DNA of 38,568 nucleotides from Octopus bimaculoides (Eukaryota), in NCBI RefSeq assembly GCF_001194135.2, contig NC_068984.1, forward strand, positions 62,951,000-62,989,567. The letters are read 5' to 3'. Below the pieces are notes generated by a model. It ran no database searches and was not told the DNA's origin. It worked only from the letters and a program-made list of their open reading frames with translations. The translations under genes and the position numbers were made by a program. Below, one piece after another: positions 12,149-23,684 of this stretch (positions are counted from its first letter, which is position 1; every line of letters starts with the position of its first letter).

Positions 12149-13042
12149 GGATCTTTTCACTTTGAACGGAACATCGAGAAATTAATTTTTTTGTAACTAA
12201 ACACTTTCAAACTTCGGACACTGGTAGAATGTCTCATATAAAACATCTTTTATTCTTAGTGCTGTTGAGAAAAGTTTACATTTTCAAAGTTATTTCGTGT
12301 TAAAGTTGTCGTGTTTCGGTAATTTCAACCAATCAATGACGTGTATTTAGTTGAATTCACGTCGTTGTTTGTCAACAATAACTATCGGCGGAGTATATTT
12401 CGTTTGTCACTGATTCGTTCGTGCGTTTGTACTGGTTTTCTCTTTAGGGTTTTAAGGGTTTAGGGTCTGGGTTAAAGTTTTAGAGTTAGGGTTAGGGCTG
12501 GGGTTTTAGGGTTAGGGTTACGCTAAGGGCTGGGGATTTAGAGTTAGGGTTACGGTTGAGATTTTAGGGTTAGAGTTACGGAAAACTGGGAAAAGGGAAG
12601 AAATTGGAGGGGGAGGGGCCAAAAATGTCTTTCCCAAAATAGTAGCTGAAACAGGAAAGAATCTAAAAGCAGTAGAAATGCACAAACGATTGTGGCGTGC
12701 CATGAAGTAAACATGCTTCAGATACACACGTTTATTCATACAAACGTAACTGAGATGAAATATATCATAAATAACAGTGACAAACGAAATATACACCGCC
12801 GGAAGTTGTTATTCACAAACAACGGCGGTAATTTTATTCAGCTTAATACACGTCATTGATTGCTTAAAATTATCGAAATGCGACAACTTTAACACGAAAT
12901 AACTTTGAAAATACAAAATTTTCTCAACAGCACTAAGAGTAAAAGATGTTTTATATGACATATTCTACCAGTGTCCGAAGTTTGAAAGTGTTTAGTTACA
13001 AAAAATTAATTTCTCGATGTGCTGTTTATAGGGCAAAGACCC
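12149..13042. mobile_element. Non-autonomous foldback DNA transposon (probably Merlin-like) with a telomeric-repeat core
   Basis: Inverted arms of about 265 bp (12149-12412 versus 12775-13042). GGATC...GACCC termini. 8-bp TSD cgaaaatc (12141-12148) / cgcaaatc (13043-13050). Confidence 0.8.
12444..12580 (+). repeat. Degenerate (TTAGGG)n interstitial telomere-like array inside the foldback element
   Basis: ttagggttttaagggtttagggt...gttagggttagggct...ttagggttagggttac. Confidence 0.85.
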
Positions 13043-13074
13043 CGCAAATCAATTACAATGTCAATGTCAGATAT

Positions 13075-13250
13075 TTTGAGAAACGTGGACACGTCGATAA
13101 AATCGACCCCAGTAATTGATTAGAAACTTAGTTTATCAACTTCCTAATGGATGAAAGACAAAGTTAACATCTACAATATTTGAACTCAGAAACTAATGTC
13201 TCAGGAGAAATACTGCTGGGCATTTCGTACTATAGGCTAACGATTATGCC
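13075..13250 (-). mobile_element. SINE family A copy (decayed)
   Basis: gtcgataaaatcgaccccag...tttgaactcagaa...gctaacgattatgcc. Confidence 0.7.
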
Positions 13251-13288
13251 TTCTTAACATTCTGTCAGTCAATATTGTTGTTACAAAT

Positions 13289-13505
13289 AAGGCAACGAGC
13301 TGGCAGAATCGTTAGCATGCCGGGCAAAATGCTTAGCTGCGTTTTATCCGTCATAACGTTCTGAGTTCAAAATCCTGCCGAGGTCGACTTTACTTTTCAT
13401 CATTTTGTGCTGCATAAAAATAAGTACCAGTGGAGCACTGGAACCTATATAAACGCCTTACCCCTCCCCGATCTTTCTAGCCTTGTGCTAAATTTTGAAA
13501 CCAAA
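13289..13505 (+). mobile_element. SINE family A copy (tail type 2)
   Basis: aaggcaacgagctggcagaatcgttagc...ctgagttcaaa...gaggtcgacttt...gccttgtgctaaattttgaaacc. Confidence 0.9.
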
Positions 13506-13851
13506 CTTTTGCCATAAACATTCTTTACTGTACCCTTAAAAAAATATCAGTAAAATTATTTCCATATGACTTCAATCGGGGTCTATATTTCTAAACAACT
13601 TTCATTATTTTGATAGCATCCACATTTTCCTTAAAATCATGTTCTATCATATTAAAAGAGAGATAAAGTATTGGACAATATTGTTCTGTAGATACAGAAG
13701 TATGAGATAGTCACACCAGCAGCCTCTTCGATTATGGATCTTTTCGATCAAAGTTGACCTGGGCTTAGCATTAAATGCAACCTTCACTTATATGACAACA
13801 GTAGTACACAATGAATTTACTTCTATCGCTATCAATGTAGGAGAAGCTTTA

Positions 13852-13995
13852 TTGAGTGGGTAAGATATTGCACTAACGATCGCCAGATCATGATTTCAAT
13901 TCCCGATTGGGCGTTGCCTTTTGTTTCTGAGCAAAACACTTCTTCATTTCACGTTGTTCCATTCCACTCAACTGTAAATGAGTAATCCTGTGAAG
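13852..13995 (+). mobile_element. tRNA-derived SINE family C copy (decayed)
   Basis: tRNA-like head (gtgggtaagat ... atttcaattccc) followed by catttcacgttgttccattccactcaactgtaaatgagt, similar to 37885-38228. Confidence 0.55.
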
Positions 13996-14442
13996 GACTA
14001 TTGTTTCATTCATGAAGAGTTTTGTGATATCAATTACTTATATGGAAACCAGATCACCGGCCCTGTGAGTAACGCACCTCGAAGGCTATAATATCAAAGG
14101 GATTTACTTAGCTTAGTTTCACTAAAAGCACAGATATTTACTATGCAAGAGAAGCATTCTTTTGAATTAACTATATATGTTTAGAATAGCAAAATTCCCA
14201 AAAGGCCATAAAATGTCATCAGGCTCTTCTTTATTTATTTTATGTTTCGTATCCTTCTTCGGCTCAGGACGTTCTGAGCTCAAAATCTACCGACGTCAAC
14301 TTTGTTTTTGGATCTTTTTTAAAATGGGGGCCACATTTTTCATTAACGAAACACTTTGAAACTTGGAACACTGGTAGAATGTGTCATATAAAACATCTTT
14401 TTCTCTTAGTCTTCTTTAAAAAAAAAGAAATCCATAAGTTAT

Positions 14443-14820
14443 NNNNNNNNNNNNNNNNNNNNNNNNNNNNNNNNNNNNNNNNNNNNNNNNNNNNNNNNNN
14501 NNNNNNNNNNNNNNNNNNNNNNNNNNNNNNNNNNNNNNNNNNNNNNNNNNNNNNNNNNNNNNNNNNNNNNNNNNNNNNNNNNNNNNNNNNNNNNNNNNNN
14601 NNNNNNNNNNNNNNNNNNNNNNNNNNNNNNNNNNNNNNNNNNNNNNNNNNNNNNNNNNNNNNNNNNNNNNNNNNNNNNNNNNNNNNNNNNNNNNNNNNNN
14701 NNNNNNNNNNNNNNNNNNNNNNNNNNNNNNNNNNNNNNNNNNNNNNNNNNNNNNNNNNNNNNNNNNNNNNNNNNNNNNNNNNNNNNNNNNNNNNNNNNNN
14801 NNNNNNNNNNNNNNNNNNNN
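14443..14820. other. Assembly gap (N run)
   Basis: N run. The other gaps are at 15642-15651, 20706-21144, 23713-23993, 29266-29681 and 32143-32840. Confidence 1.
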
Positions 14821-14906
14821 TTTCTGTAATTTCAACCAATCACTGACGTCCATTCAGCCGATATACATTAAGTGCCGACTACATAAACAAACGATTCTGA
14901 AACAAT

Positions 14907-14944
14907 TAACCCTAACCCTAGGGTTAGGGTTAGGGTTAGGGTTA
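14907..14944. repeat. Inverted telomeric junction (CCCTAA)2-CCCTAGGG-(TTAGGG)n
   Basis: taaccctaaccctagggttagggtta (14907-14932) is a perfect 26-bp palindrome, followed by more TTAGGG units. Confidence 0.95.
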
Positions 14945-15652
14945 AAGCAAATTTAAAATGAAAAAAGCAAATAAAACGAAGGTATGGAGATTAAATACGC
15001 TTTACATCGCTTAATCAGCCAAAGGAGTAAATGTAAACAACTGAATACTTGTCAGTGATTGGTTGAATTTATCGAAATAAGACAATTTTTTACATGAAAT
15101 AAATTCGAATACAAAAATATTTTTCTGTTCTATAACACAAAATAGATAAGTATACGAAGTTTGAAAGTCTTTCCGTACCAAAAACACTACGTAAAACGTT
15201 AATGAAAAATGTGGCCCCCGTTTTAAAATAGATCCTTGTTTTTCCTCTTTTCAAAACTTTTAAGATAAAATAGCTGTCAAGAGCTAGTGGCTATTTATTT
15301 TACTCACTAGGCCCATGTAACATTGAAGTGCTTCTACCTAAATCAAACATTATTATTGTCCTTTGTTCAAATAATGATTATGGAAAATAAACGTGTAGTT
15401 TAACTTCATAATCAGAATATGTATTACGAAAATCAAATAATTAGATTTTAGAAAAGCAAGAAAGACTTATTGAAACTAAAAACTGACTTCATGTAAAGGA
15501 GAAGTACACATATTTTTACTGAATATTTGTAATCTTCCTTGTCTAAGATTACAGGTGGAAGATATAGAAAGCAACGCAAACATTACTTCGCTACATTGCG
15601 TTATGCTTATTTGAGCATAAGTAATAAAAATCCAACATAACNNNNNNNNNNC

Positions 15653-15696
<44 letters not shown>

Positions 15697-16299
15697 AGAC
15701 AGACAAACGGAGGAAGGGGGAAGAAGAACTACAGAAAATTTAGCGGAAATATACAGACACACTTGATAAGTTCTACGTTTTATAGGTTTCCTATTTCTTC
15801 CAGTGAAACAAAAATTAAAGTTATTCAATATACAGTTTATTACAATTACATATTACAATATACTGCATAACTATGATATTGAGTTCTATTTTTTACAAGC
15901 TTCATTGTTCTGTTTAAATTTTTAATAAAGACAATGAATGTTTAGTAATCCTAATTCTAAAAATGATGAGATAAACTATGAATATAATGCTTATTTTGTT
16001 AATATTTAACACTGAATTTGTTGAAAATCGATAAATATAGTGAGCTTTACAACAGGAACTGCTAAATGTGTTCCACTATAGAATATTCTGTTATGTCACG
16101 ACCTAATATTATTTTTTACACATGATTATTATGTGGCATAAAAACATATTCCAAGACAAGATTAAATATCTTGCACAGTGGTTTAAATCTGAAACGAAAA
16201 TCTTTTTTAAGCCAAACTCTCATATTTGGTAAGTTATTTATTTGTATTTGAAAACCTTTATGCCATGTGTGAAATGCAAATCATCGTAGCGTTGAAAGT

Positions 16300-17270
16300 G
16301 TACGTTACTTTCCAGATTGTTCATTTTGGTTAAATATTTCAAATTAAAATGGCACAACAAACAATTGAACCAACAGCCCAGATTAAATTTAGATAAGATC
16401 TTACAATTACTCTTTGTTGCTAGGAGAGCTTACAAGGGAAATATGGAAAGGGACACTGAATCTAATTTCTCGAATACGAGATATATTTTATATGTCCCTG
16501 ATTCAGAGGAGAACTTGATGAAAAAATAACAGCAGTGTTGGGATACTCGATTTGCTTCTAGCAAAAATGCTACAAATCAGTGACTCAATTAGTTAGTTAT
16601 TGGTTATTTGCTGTCTTAATACAGAGTTCCAACAGAAAATACCTACGTTAACGTTAGCAATGACGAATGAATGAAGCTTATCTGAGCATCTTCCATGAAC
16701 GTAACGGTAAAAAATGTATAATAGACCATTTGGAATCAAGAAAAGTACTTATCACTAACTAAGCCACACATTCAATTCTGTGATCTACAAAGACTGGACA
16801 GTAAATATTTGGAGGAACTTACAGAATGATCTGCATTCTATTCCGCTTTGAAATAATTCTCGGTCTTCAAAAGATGGGAGATTCAGTTTTGTTAGTTTAT
16901 TACCAGACCTTATGGGTGTAATTTAACTATCCACACACTGAAAATTTAAAAAACCGATATTTCGCCAAACTTTTGTTGATTTGGCGTGTAATTTGATTAA
17001 TAATCCACATCATTAGACCGATAAATGATACTATAAACGTTGTGGCATTTAGAGGAGCAAGGAATAAGCACATGAAAGATATAAAGAATATATATATGGA
17101 GAACCTTTTCATATAAACACCACGACCATAGTGATAGCGGCTGCAAAGGATCACGTTTAGTGTAATTTCGATGTCAAACATGATATTAGATATTATGAAT
17201 CGAGAAGTTAAAAACCCGTGCCTCCCTTTCTCACTTGAGGTTTCGTCATTGAGTATTTGTCTATTTTTGC
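16300..17270 (-). pseudogene. Putative decayed rhodopsin-class GPCR pseudogene (TM1 to about TM5)
   Basis: About 114 codons are open from 17270, with TM1-like TTFIVSFIGLMMWIINQITR and TM2-like KYRFFKFSVCG. With frameshifts follow GIECRSFCKFLQIF...VWL, LVISTFLD...HFLPLRS (TM3 end), TM4-like CSDKLHSFVIANVNVGIFCWN and TM5-like FSVPFHISLV. Confidence 0.4.
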
Positions 17271-17325
17271 CTCAATATGAAATGTCAATTACCGCCTAGC
17301 GAGCTTGGCATGCTATAATGATTAA

Positions 17326-18925
17326 ATTCTTTATTTCTCGCAGGAAGTAAACATAGAGGGGGCAACACAAAACATGTGGGAACAGAAGACGAATGAAAGA
17401 AAACTGAAATGAAAAGATGAAATGAAGCCTTTCGGCCTCAATTCCGAGCGAATTCATTTATCCCATTAATACGACCTTAATGCAATCCATCTCCATCTTT
17501 CTATAAAATGTCAGTATTTTAAACATTCCGGACCTCAAGATAGTTTATATACCTTTGGCATCTGAGTGGTGTCCATTGATTTCTCCCAATATTCATAGCC
17601 GTCACTGTAGTTAAGTGTTTTTGATATTTGATCCTGGTTTGCCAGCATACAACAATAACGCCATGGTATTCCAGTATAAGTTGTCGTATTAACTGTCATT
17701 GCATCTTCCCAAGTGTATATCTCATTGCAGGGTTCTTTATTTAAACCGTCGTATGTCACTACGTATTTTGTTATGGGGCTCTTCTATTTCTGATTTTTTC
17801 ATTGTGTCGGAGGGGAGTGGGGAGGTATGGCGTCTGTAGAGGAGGATGGGACAAAGTACGAGCAGGTGGGTGTTGGATGGGCGTGGGATGGATCTCAACA
17901 TCCACAGAGTAAACCTTTTCCTCTTTTTTTCTTCTTCCTTCCGACCGTTTTCCACTCATTCCATTCGTTGTATGCTTCTTTTTCCTTAGCACTTGAGTTT
18001 TCTTTTGTTGGCGCTGTAGGTGTGACTTCCTCCCTGCTCACGGGTCCTTCTTGAGGCTTTTTGGGCGGCGGTGGACAGTCCGCTCTAATGTGGCCTTTTA
18101 GGCCACACTTGTAGTAACGCAGGATCCTGGCCTCCACTCTTCTCTAGAGATAGTTTCTATTATATTTTCGATATCTTCCGGGGCCGCCTGGATGATTAAA
18201 TCCAAGGTCTGCCCTTGCCAATTCTTATGAACTGTTCTCTGGTGGTGTATCTTCTACCCTAACCCTGGAAGCACGTCTCCCAAGGTATGTTGGTACCAAG
18301 GAAGTACCACTTCTTCTGTCTTTAAAGGGGGTAAGTATAACCTAGCAATAGCTACCTCTCGGAAGCGCATCTCCACTATTTTGAATTTCCTTCCTCTGGC
18401 AAGGTACAAAATTCCTTGCCAGATTGGTTTCAAGGCTTTTTCTACTTGTGTGGTCATCATTATTTCGATTTTCTTTGTTTTCGTGGAGTACGTTTTAAAT
18501 ATTATACTTTTCTCCTTGATATCTTTCAAAACTTTTTGGGGAGGGAACGCCTTCATTTTGCTCCCCTCCCTACACATCATGTTCTTATATTTACCCAGAT
18601 TTGTTAGTTCAACTTCGTTGTTGTGGCTCTTTGTGACAGCTGCCAAATTTCTTTCTTCAGCTGCTCTTCCATTGCTTCGACAGACTTCAATAGTTCCTCC
18701 TCTGAAAACGAAAGCTCCGAAGAGGTGAAATTTTCGTACTCCATCGTTAATACTTATGCTACCCACTTCTTCGAAGGGAGAAAGCAGAAAGCGTCAACAG
18801 ACTGCCGCAAGACAGTAATACAAGCATAACAAAGTGTTTAAAAAACACGAAACAATTTTAACAATAAACGATTCAACAAAATAACACTGACGTACGTCAA
18901 TGCTGTGCAGCAATAATTTGTTAGA
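17326..18925 (-). mobile_element. ORF1-only (gag-like zinc-knuckle) non-autonomous retroposon, 1.6 kb, copy A
   Basis: 21-bp TSD, 20/21 identical (ttggcatgctataatgattaa 17305-17325 / ttggcatgctattatgattaa 18926-18946). Frameshifted ORF from ATG at 18744 (MEYENF...ELLKSVEAMEEQLKKEIW), knuckle (Y)YKCGLKGHIRADC near 18077-18118, 3' tail ccccctctatgtttacttcctgcgagaaataaagaa. No RT or endonuclease. Confidence 0.8.
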
Positions 18926-20644
18926 TTGGCATGCTATTATGATTAACTCCAAATCAGCTAGAGTTGCGCTCTAAGTACTTTAAAACTAGCGGCAGTCACT
19001 CTGTAGTTTTGTTTCATTTTTTCATTGAAGCCAGTAAATCTTCTACTTCTGTTATTTCCTTTTTATTTTGTATTGTGGTGGGGTGGAGTGGTGCTGAAAA
19101 ATACGTTCTTACAGTATTAATTCAGGACTTTTTCTAGGTAACTTTGAAAAGCATTGTAGCAAATGATTATTTATTTTCAACATCTGATTGTCCTTTTCTA
19201 TGTCCTGCATAATTTGTCTCTATCTATGGTTTTGAGATCAATACGTTGAGATACATATTATTAATATGGACAATAACAGTAGATCTTTTTACTACTCAGT
19301 CATCAATGCTTGCTGTCAAGTCAAATGCATAATCTATAGTGATTTTGTAATTCTATATAGAAAAGATTCACGCTATATCTGGTTGGACTAGTTTTATCTA
19401 TTATGTAACTGTTTGGGGGTTGAAATTCTTGTTGCTTAACCTTAACCTTAGCTCAAATTTGATGGCACAGTTCTATTTCGATGGTATTCTGCACATGAAA
19501 ATCTGGTCTGTTTTCAATGTTTTTCGGATTACAATATAATTTCAAGACCGCATATCTTGTTGACTCCACCTATTAAACTATAAATAACCATGTTGGTATA
19601 ACCACACATGGTACAGGAAACTCCCTTCTATCCGATACTAAAATAAGGGGCAATCTCAAGTAACCGGCACATATTTCTAGGTGGCGGCTGCTTTAGGAAT
19701 TTATATATTATTAGAAAGAAAATAATTACATGCTGTGAATTAGAGTAAAGAGAATTTATGTTAATTCATTCAGTGTCACTAAAAGAGTGTTTATTCTGAA
19801 TCTAAAATAAGTCGTTGCTTCTCAAATTACGATATCCTATTATATTCTACAGCATTTAATGTACCTGTGCTTTATTAAATTCATAAAACTTGCTCATTAC
19901 TTAAATCATGCTTACATTTCCTCATATTTCATTCATTTCTACCATTCTGAGAATATCAATAATAACACTGATGCTAATATGTAAAGTTTTAATGAGTTTT
20001 GTAAGGTGCAATGGTAATTTAAAGACTACTGATGATGGCGAAAGTTCAGTTTATGTGTCAACCTTCCGGTCGCAATGGTGCCGGATGGGAGAGGTTTCAC
20101 TCTATTTGGAATCAGGTACACCAAACAGCTGTAATATCTATTTTAATTTTCAAATTAAGATCATTAAAACAATGTTTAATCAGACTTCGTATATGTAGCT
20201 TGCAAAGAAATAAACTGACGTCTCCCTTCATAATGAAGAAGGGTTTTTTCTAAACTGTTGGGAATTACCTTTCCTCTTACTACAAAACACATTTTATTAA
20301 CTTTATTTACTGTGGTATTATCTGTATCTTACATAACGTACATAAACGAATTTGCAGTATTCGTCTTGATAAATCTGGTATGGACGTATTGGGCTAAAAA
20401 GCTTGGAAGTTTGTAAGTAACAGACGGAAAGCAGAATATTTTTTCATATTATACATAAAATAATGAGTAACTTAGAAGAAAAGTGTTTTCTGGAATAGAA
20501 GCTTTAACCAAGTTAAGCTATTCTGCTTAGATTCTAAACTGAACCAATTAAGTCATTTGCAGCATGCTCATGCTTACTTTGTATAAATATAATACCATAG
20601 ATGCATACAGGCGCATATGTACGCACGCTTACAAATGCACGCGC

Positions 20645-20665
20645 ACACACACACACAAACACGCA

Positions 20666-20705
<40 letters not shown>
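20645..20705. repeat. (CA)n microsatellite abutting a gap
   Basis: Direct reading. Confidence 0.95.
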
Positions 20706-21149
20706 NNNNNNNNNNNNNNNNNNNNNNNNNNNNNNNNNNNNNNNNNNNNNNNNNNNNNNNNNNNNNNNNNNNNNNNNNNNNNNNNNNNNNNNNNNNNNNN
20801 NNNNNNNNNNNNNNNNNNNNNNNNNNNNNNNNNNNNNNNNNNNNNNNNNNNNNNNNNNNNNNNNNNNNNNNNNNNNNNNNNNNNNNNNNNNNNNNNNNNN
20901 NNNNNNNNNNNNNNNNNNNNNNNNNNNNNNNNNNNNNNNNNNNNNNNNNNNNNNNNNNNNNNNNNNNNNNNNNNNNNNNNNNNNNNNNNNNNNNNNNNNN
21001 NNNNNNNNNNNNNNNNNNNNNNNNNNNNNNNNNNNNNNNNNNNNNNNNNNNNNNNNNNNNNNNNNNNNNNNNNNNNNNNNNNNNNNNNNNNNNNNNNNNN
21101 NNNNNNNNNNNNNNNNNNNNNNNNNNNNNNNNNNNNNNNNNNNNATATA

Positions 21150-22065
21150 TATATATATATATAAGAAGTATTACGTGGGTTAGTTGTCTAAATAGATTTC
21201 AAAAAATGCAGAGCAAGAGAAGTTTCGCATTTTCAAAAATGCTTTTATCGCCTATATTTCTTGAGTCTCCTCTCATGAAGTTCCAGGTAGAGCAATTTAG
21301 TGTTCAGAAATCTTCTCTTTGCTTTATTGCCGCACTGCCACCCAAAGTCGAGGTTTCCGAAATTTCATAAGGAACTCATTTGTCGTGTTATTTAACAGTA
21401 GGGACCTCAGGTAAATATTTTAAGTGATGCTGTGTTAACTCCTGCAAATTTTCAACAGAGGAACATGAGGCTGTCTTAACTCATTAAAATCTCCTGCATT
21501 AACGTTTTTGTTTCTCTTTTTGTTCTCTCTTCTTTGATCAAATAAAGGAAGTCCATGATAATTGCTGGTACTATTGCTTCGTAAAATTCCATGAGTTTGT
21601 TGCATGCTACTTATCATAGCTTTTCCTTAATACCTCATACGGTTCACAAGCCTCTCTGATATTATCCGTCTTTTATGATATGGTAGTTTATCAAACGTTA
21701 TATATTCATTTTATGCCTTATTCTCTTATTTTTAATGTGTTTGCTGATTTGTATTTTTAAACTATCTGATAGAAAATGGGACAGAGACAAAAGTTCCTGA
21801 TATTCCAAATAACACATTTGTGCATTGGACAGCAACAGGGATTAGTATTTAGTGATAGGAAAACTACTTCCACATGAGGGAGTGGCTGTGTGGTAAGTAG
21901 CTTGCTTACCAACCTCATGGTTCCGGGTTCACTCCCACTGCGTGGCACCTTGGGTAAGTGTCTTCTTCTATAGCCTCGGGTCGACCAAAGCCTTGTGAGT
22001 GGATTTGGTAGACGGAAACTGAAAGAAGCCCGTCGTATATATGTATATATATATATATATATGTG

Positions 22066-22116
<51 letters not shown>

Positions 22117-23000
22117 CTGTGTTTGTCCCCCCAACATTGCTTGACAAACGATGGTGGTGTTTTACGTCCCAGTAAGCTAGCGGTTCGGCAAAAGAGACCG
22201 ATAGAATAAGTACAAGGCTTCCAAAGTATAAGTCCTGGGGTCGATTTGCTCGACTAAAGACGGTGCTTCAGCATGGCCGCAGTCAAATGACTGAAACAAA
22301 TAAAAGAATAAAACGGTTATCGAGATTCTGGGAAAAGTCTGAGGCATACTTTAGTTTCAAAGTTATGTTCTTTGTAATCACTTTTTCCTACTGAGGCACA
22401 CCATCATGTAAAACTATTCATTATCACACAAATCTCCAGATTATAGGGTGATGCATTTTTTACATTCCGCTCATTGTTTAAAGTCGTTCTGAATGATAAA
22501 CAAGCAAGAGCTTCAGTTTGCAGTCTTCTGAATCATAGCCACCAAAAAGTAGTATTAAGCATTCTTTTCAGTTCTTGAACTCTGATGCGTTTTACTCTTT
22601 CTCGATAAATGAAACTGCAAAAAGAAATTCGTTTTCAGAAACGGCCTGTTTCATGTATAATGAATATATGTTATGCACAATAGCTGGAACATGCGATAAA
22701 AGTTTTAACAACCTGGAAGAATTCTTTAACTGCACTTCCACTTTAACCACACATACTGAGGTTCTGTAGTTAACACCATCATTTGATTCTATCAGACTAA
22801 ATTCTCCCGGATCTGAATTTTTGGATTACATTTTTCTTCTTGTGTCTACAGATATTTGTTGCCTTTTGTGACGTTTGTTTGATAGCATGTTGTATTGTGT
22901 TTTGTCGTCCAACCACATGGCAATCATATCCATTTTGCAACCATTTACTCCTTGGTCAATTATTTTTCTAGTTGAGACATTCTGGCTCCCAACACGTTTG
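21150..23000 (-). mobile_element. Decayed Tigger/pogo-family transposase, interrupted by a SINE
   Basis: HIFIIHETGRF*KR (cf. IFN.DETGLFWK), LILLFGGYDSEDCKLKLLLVYHSE (cf. TLLLGGNA.GD.KLKPLLVYHSE), then past the SINE VEVVFLSLNT...PMHKCVI (cf. VVFLPPNTTSL.QPMDQGVI) and a C-terminal NVNAGDFNEL...VENLQEL. Confidence 0.8.
21876..22313 (+). mobile_element. tRNA-derived SINE family B, near full length, with internal (TA)/(GT) microsatellite
   Basis: gagtggctgtgtggtaag (A-box) ...ccgggttcactccc (B-box) ...gccttgtgagtggatttggtagacggaaactgaaagaagcccgtcg ...cagcatggccgcagtcaaatgactgaaacaaataaaaga. The central domain may be of the MetaSINE type (inference). Confidence 0.92.
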
Positions 23001-23684
23001 CACTCAGCATGTAATTAACAAGCAGTAGACTAGCTGCTATTAGCGTGGTTTGCTGTATGTGTCACTATAAGTAAACTTGTATGTGAGTGTGTTTGCACGT
23101 GTATAAACGATAATGAATCTGAATGTTGGTCTTCTATGTATGTATAGAGAAGCGATTGTTTGACTTTTAGTTCATTTCTCCTCCATTGACAAATAGCTAA
23201 ATTCACAATTATTTATTTAGTGGTTCAACGAACTATACGTGCATATATATGTGAGTGTGAGACGAGCACTAACATTCAAGGAACTGATTTACTTATAGAT
23301 ATGCAAACACACACATATACATGTTTGCCTTTACGCAGACATGCAAGAAACATGCTCATTTAAAAGCAGAAATAAACACACACTAATACACTGAACCGCA
23401 AAAGAAACGCGATTTTTTCAAATGTCATTTTTATATGGTAAATTCTGAAAATTTATTTCAGGGACATAAGTGTAAATAGTCCAAGACACACTGGTTTAAG
23501 GCTGAGACCCAAATTGCAGGTAACCTTTCAAATTACCCTGAAACGAGACACCAAAACGCAGCTGTGTTCAATGCCCTGGGAGGCAGTCGCAAACAATTTT
23601 CATGAAAACCGAAAGGTACGTGAATCTCGAAGAAGTTATGGGTAAAAATATCATATTGAACCGCGTTCCTGGAATTCGTAATTT

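Larger units (their letters stand above)
14310..15235. mobile_element. Second non-autonomous DNA transposon (probably Merlin-like) with an inverted telomeric core; spans an N gap
   Basis: 39-bp TIRs, 37/39 identical (14310-14348 / 15197-15235, GGATC...GATCC). Exact 8-bp TSD ttgttttt (14302-14309 / 15236-15243). Internal arms are similar to the 12149-13042 element. Confidence 0.85.

Noticed and set aside
12444-14944. True chromosome end or ancestral telomere-telomere fusion site
   Set aside because: Both TTAGGG tracts are short and lie inside TIR- and TSD-bounded elements.
17553-18902. Tetraspanin-like host exon (LTYVVTYDG...IPWRYCC...MPK) reconstituted by removing 17766-18889 as an insertion with a 5-bp ACGTA TSD, with apparent AG/GT splice sites
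   Set aside because: A much stronger 21-bp TSD and a retroposon tail enclose the whole 17326-18925 interval. This frame is better explained as the frameshifted C-terminal part of the element's own ORF1, and the 5-bp match as chance.
19908-20198. 96-aa ORF with a hydrophobic, signal-peptide-like N-terminus
   Set aside because: No recognisable domain; hydrophobic ORFs of this size are common in AT-rich DNA.
21435-21617. GDFN motif suggesting a LINE AP endonuclease
   Set aside because: The context fits the C-terminal acidic region of the surrounding Tigger transposase; no other APE motifs are present.
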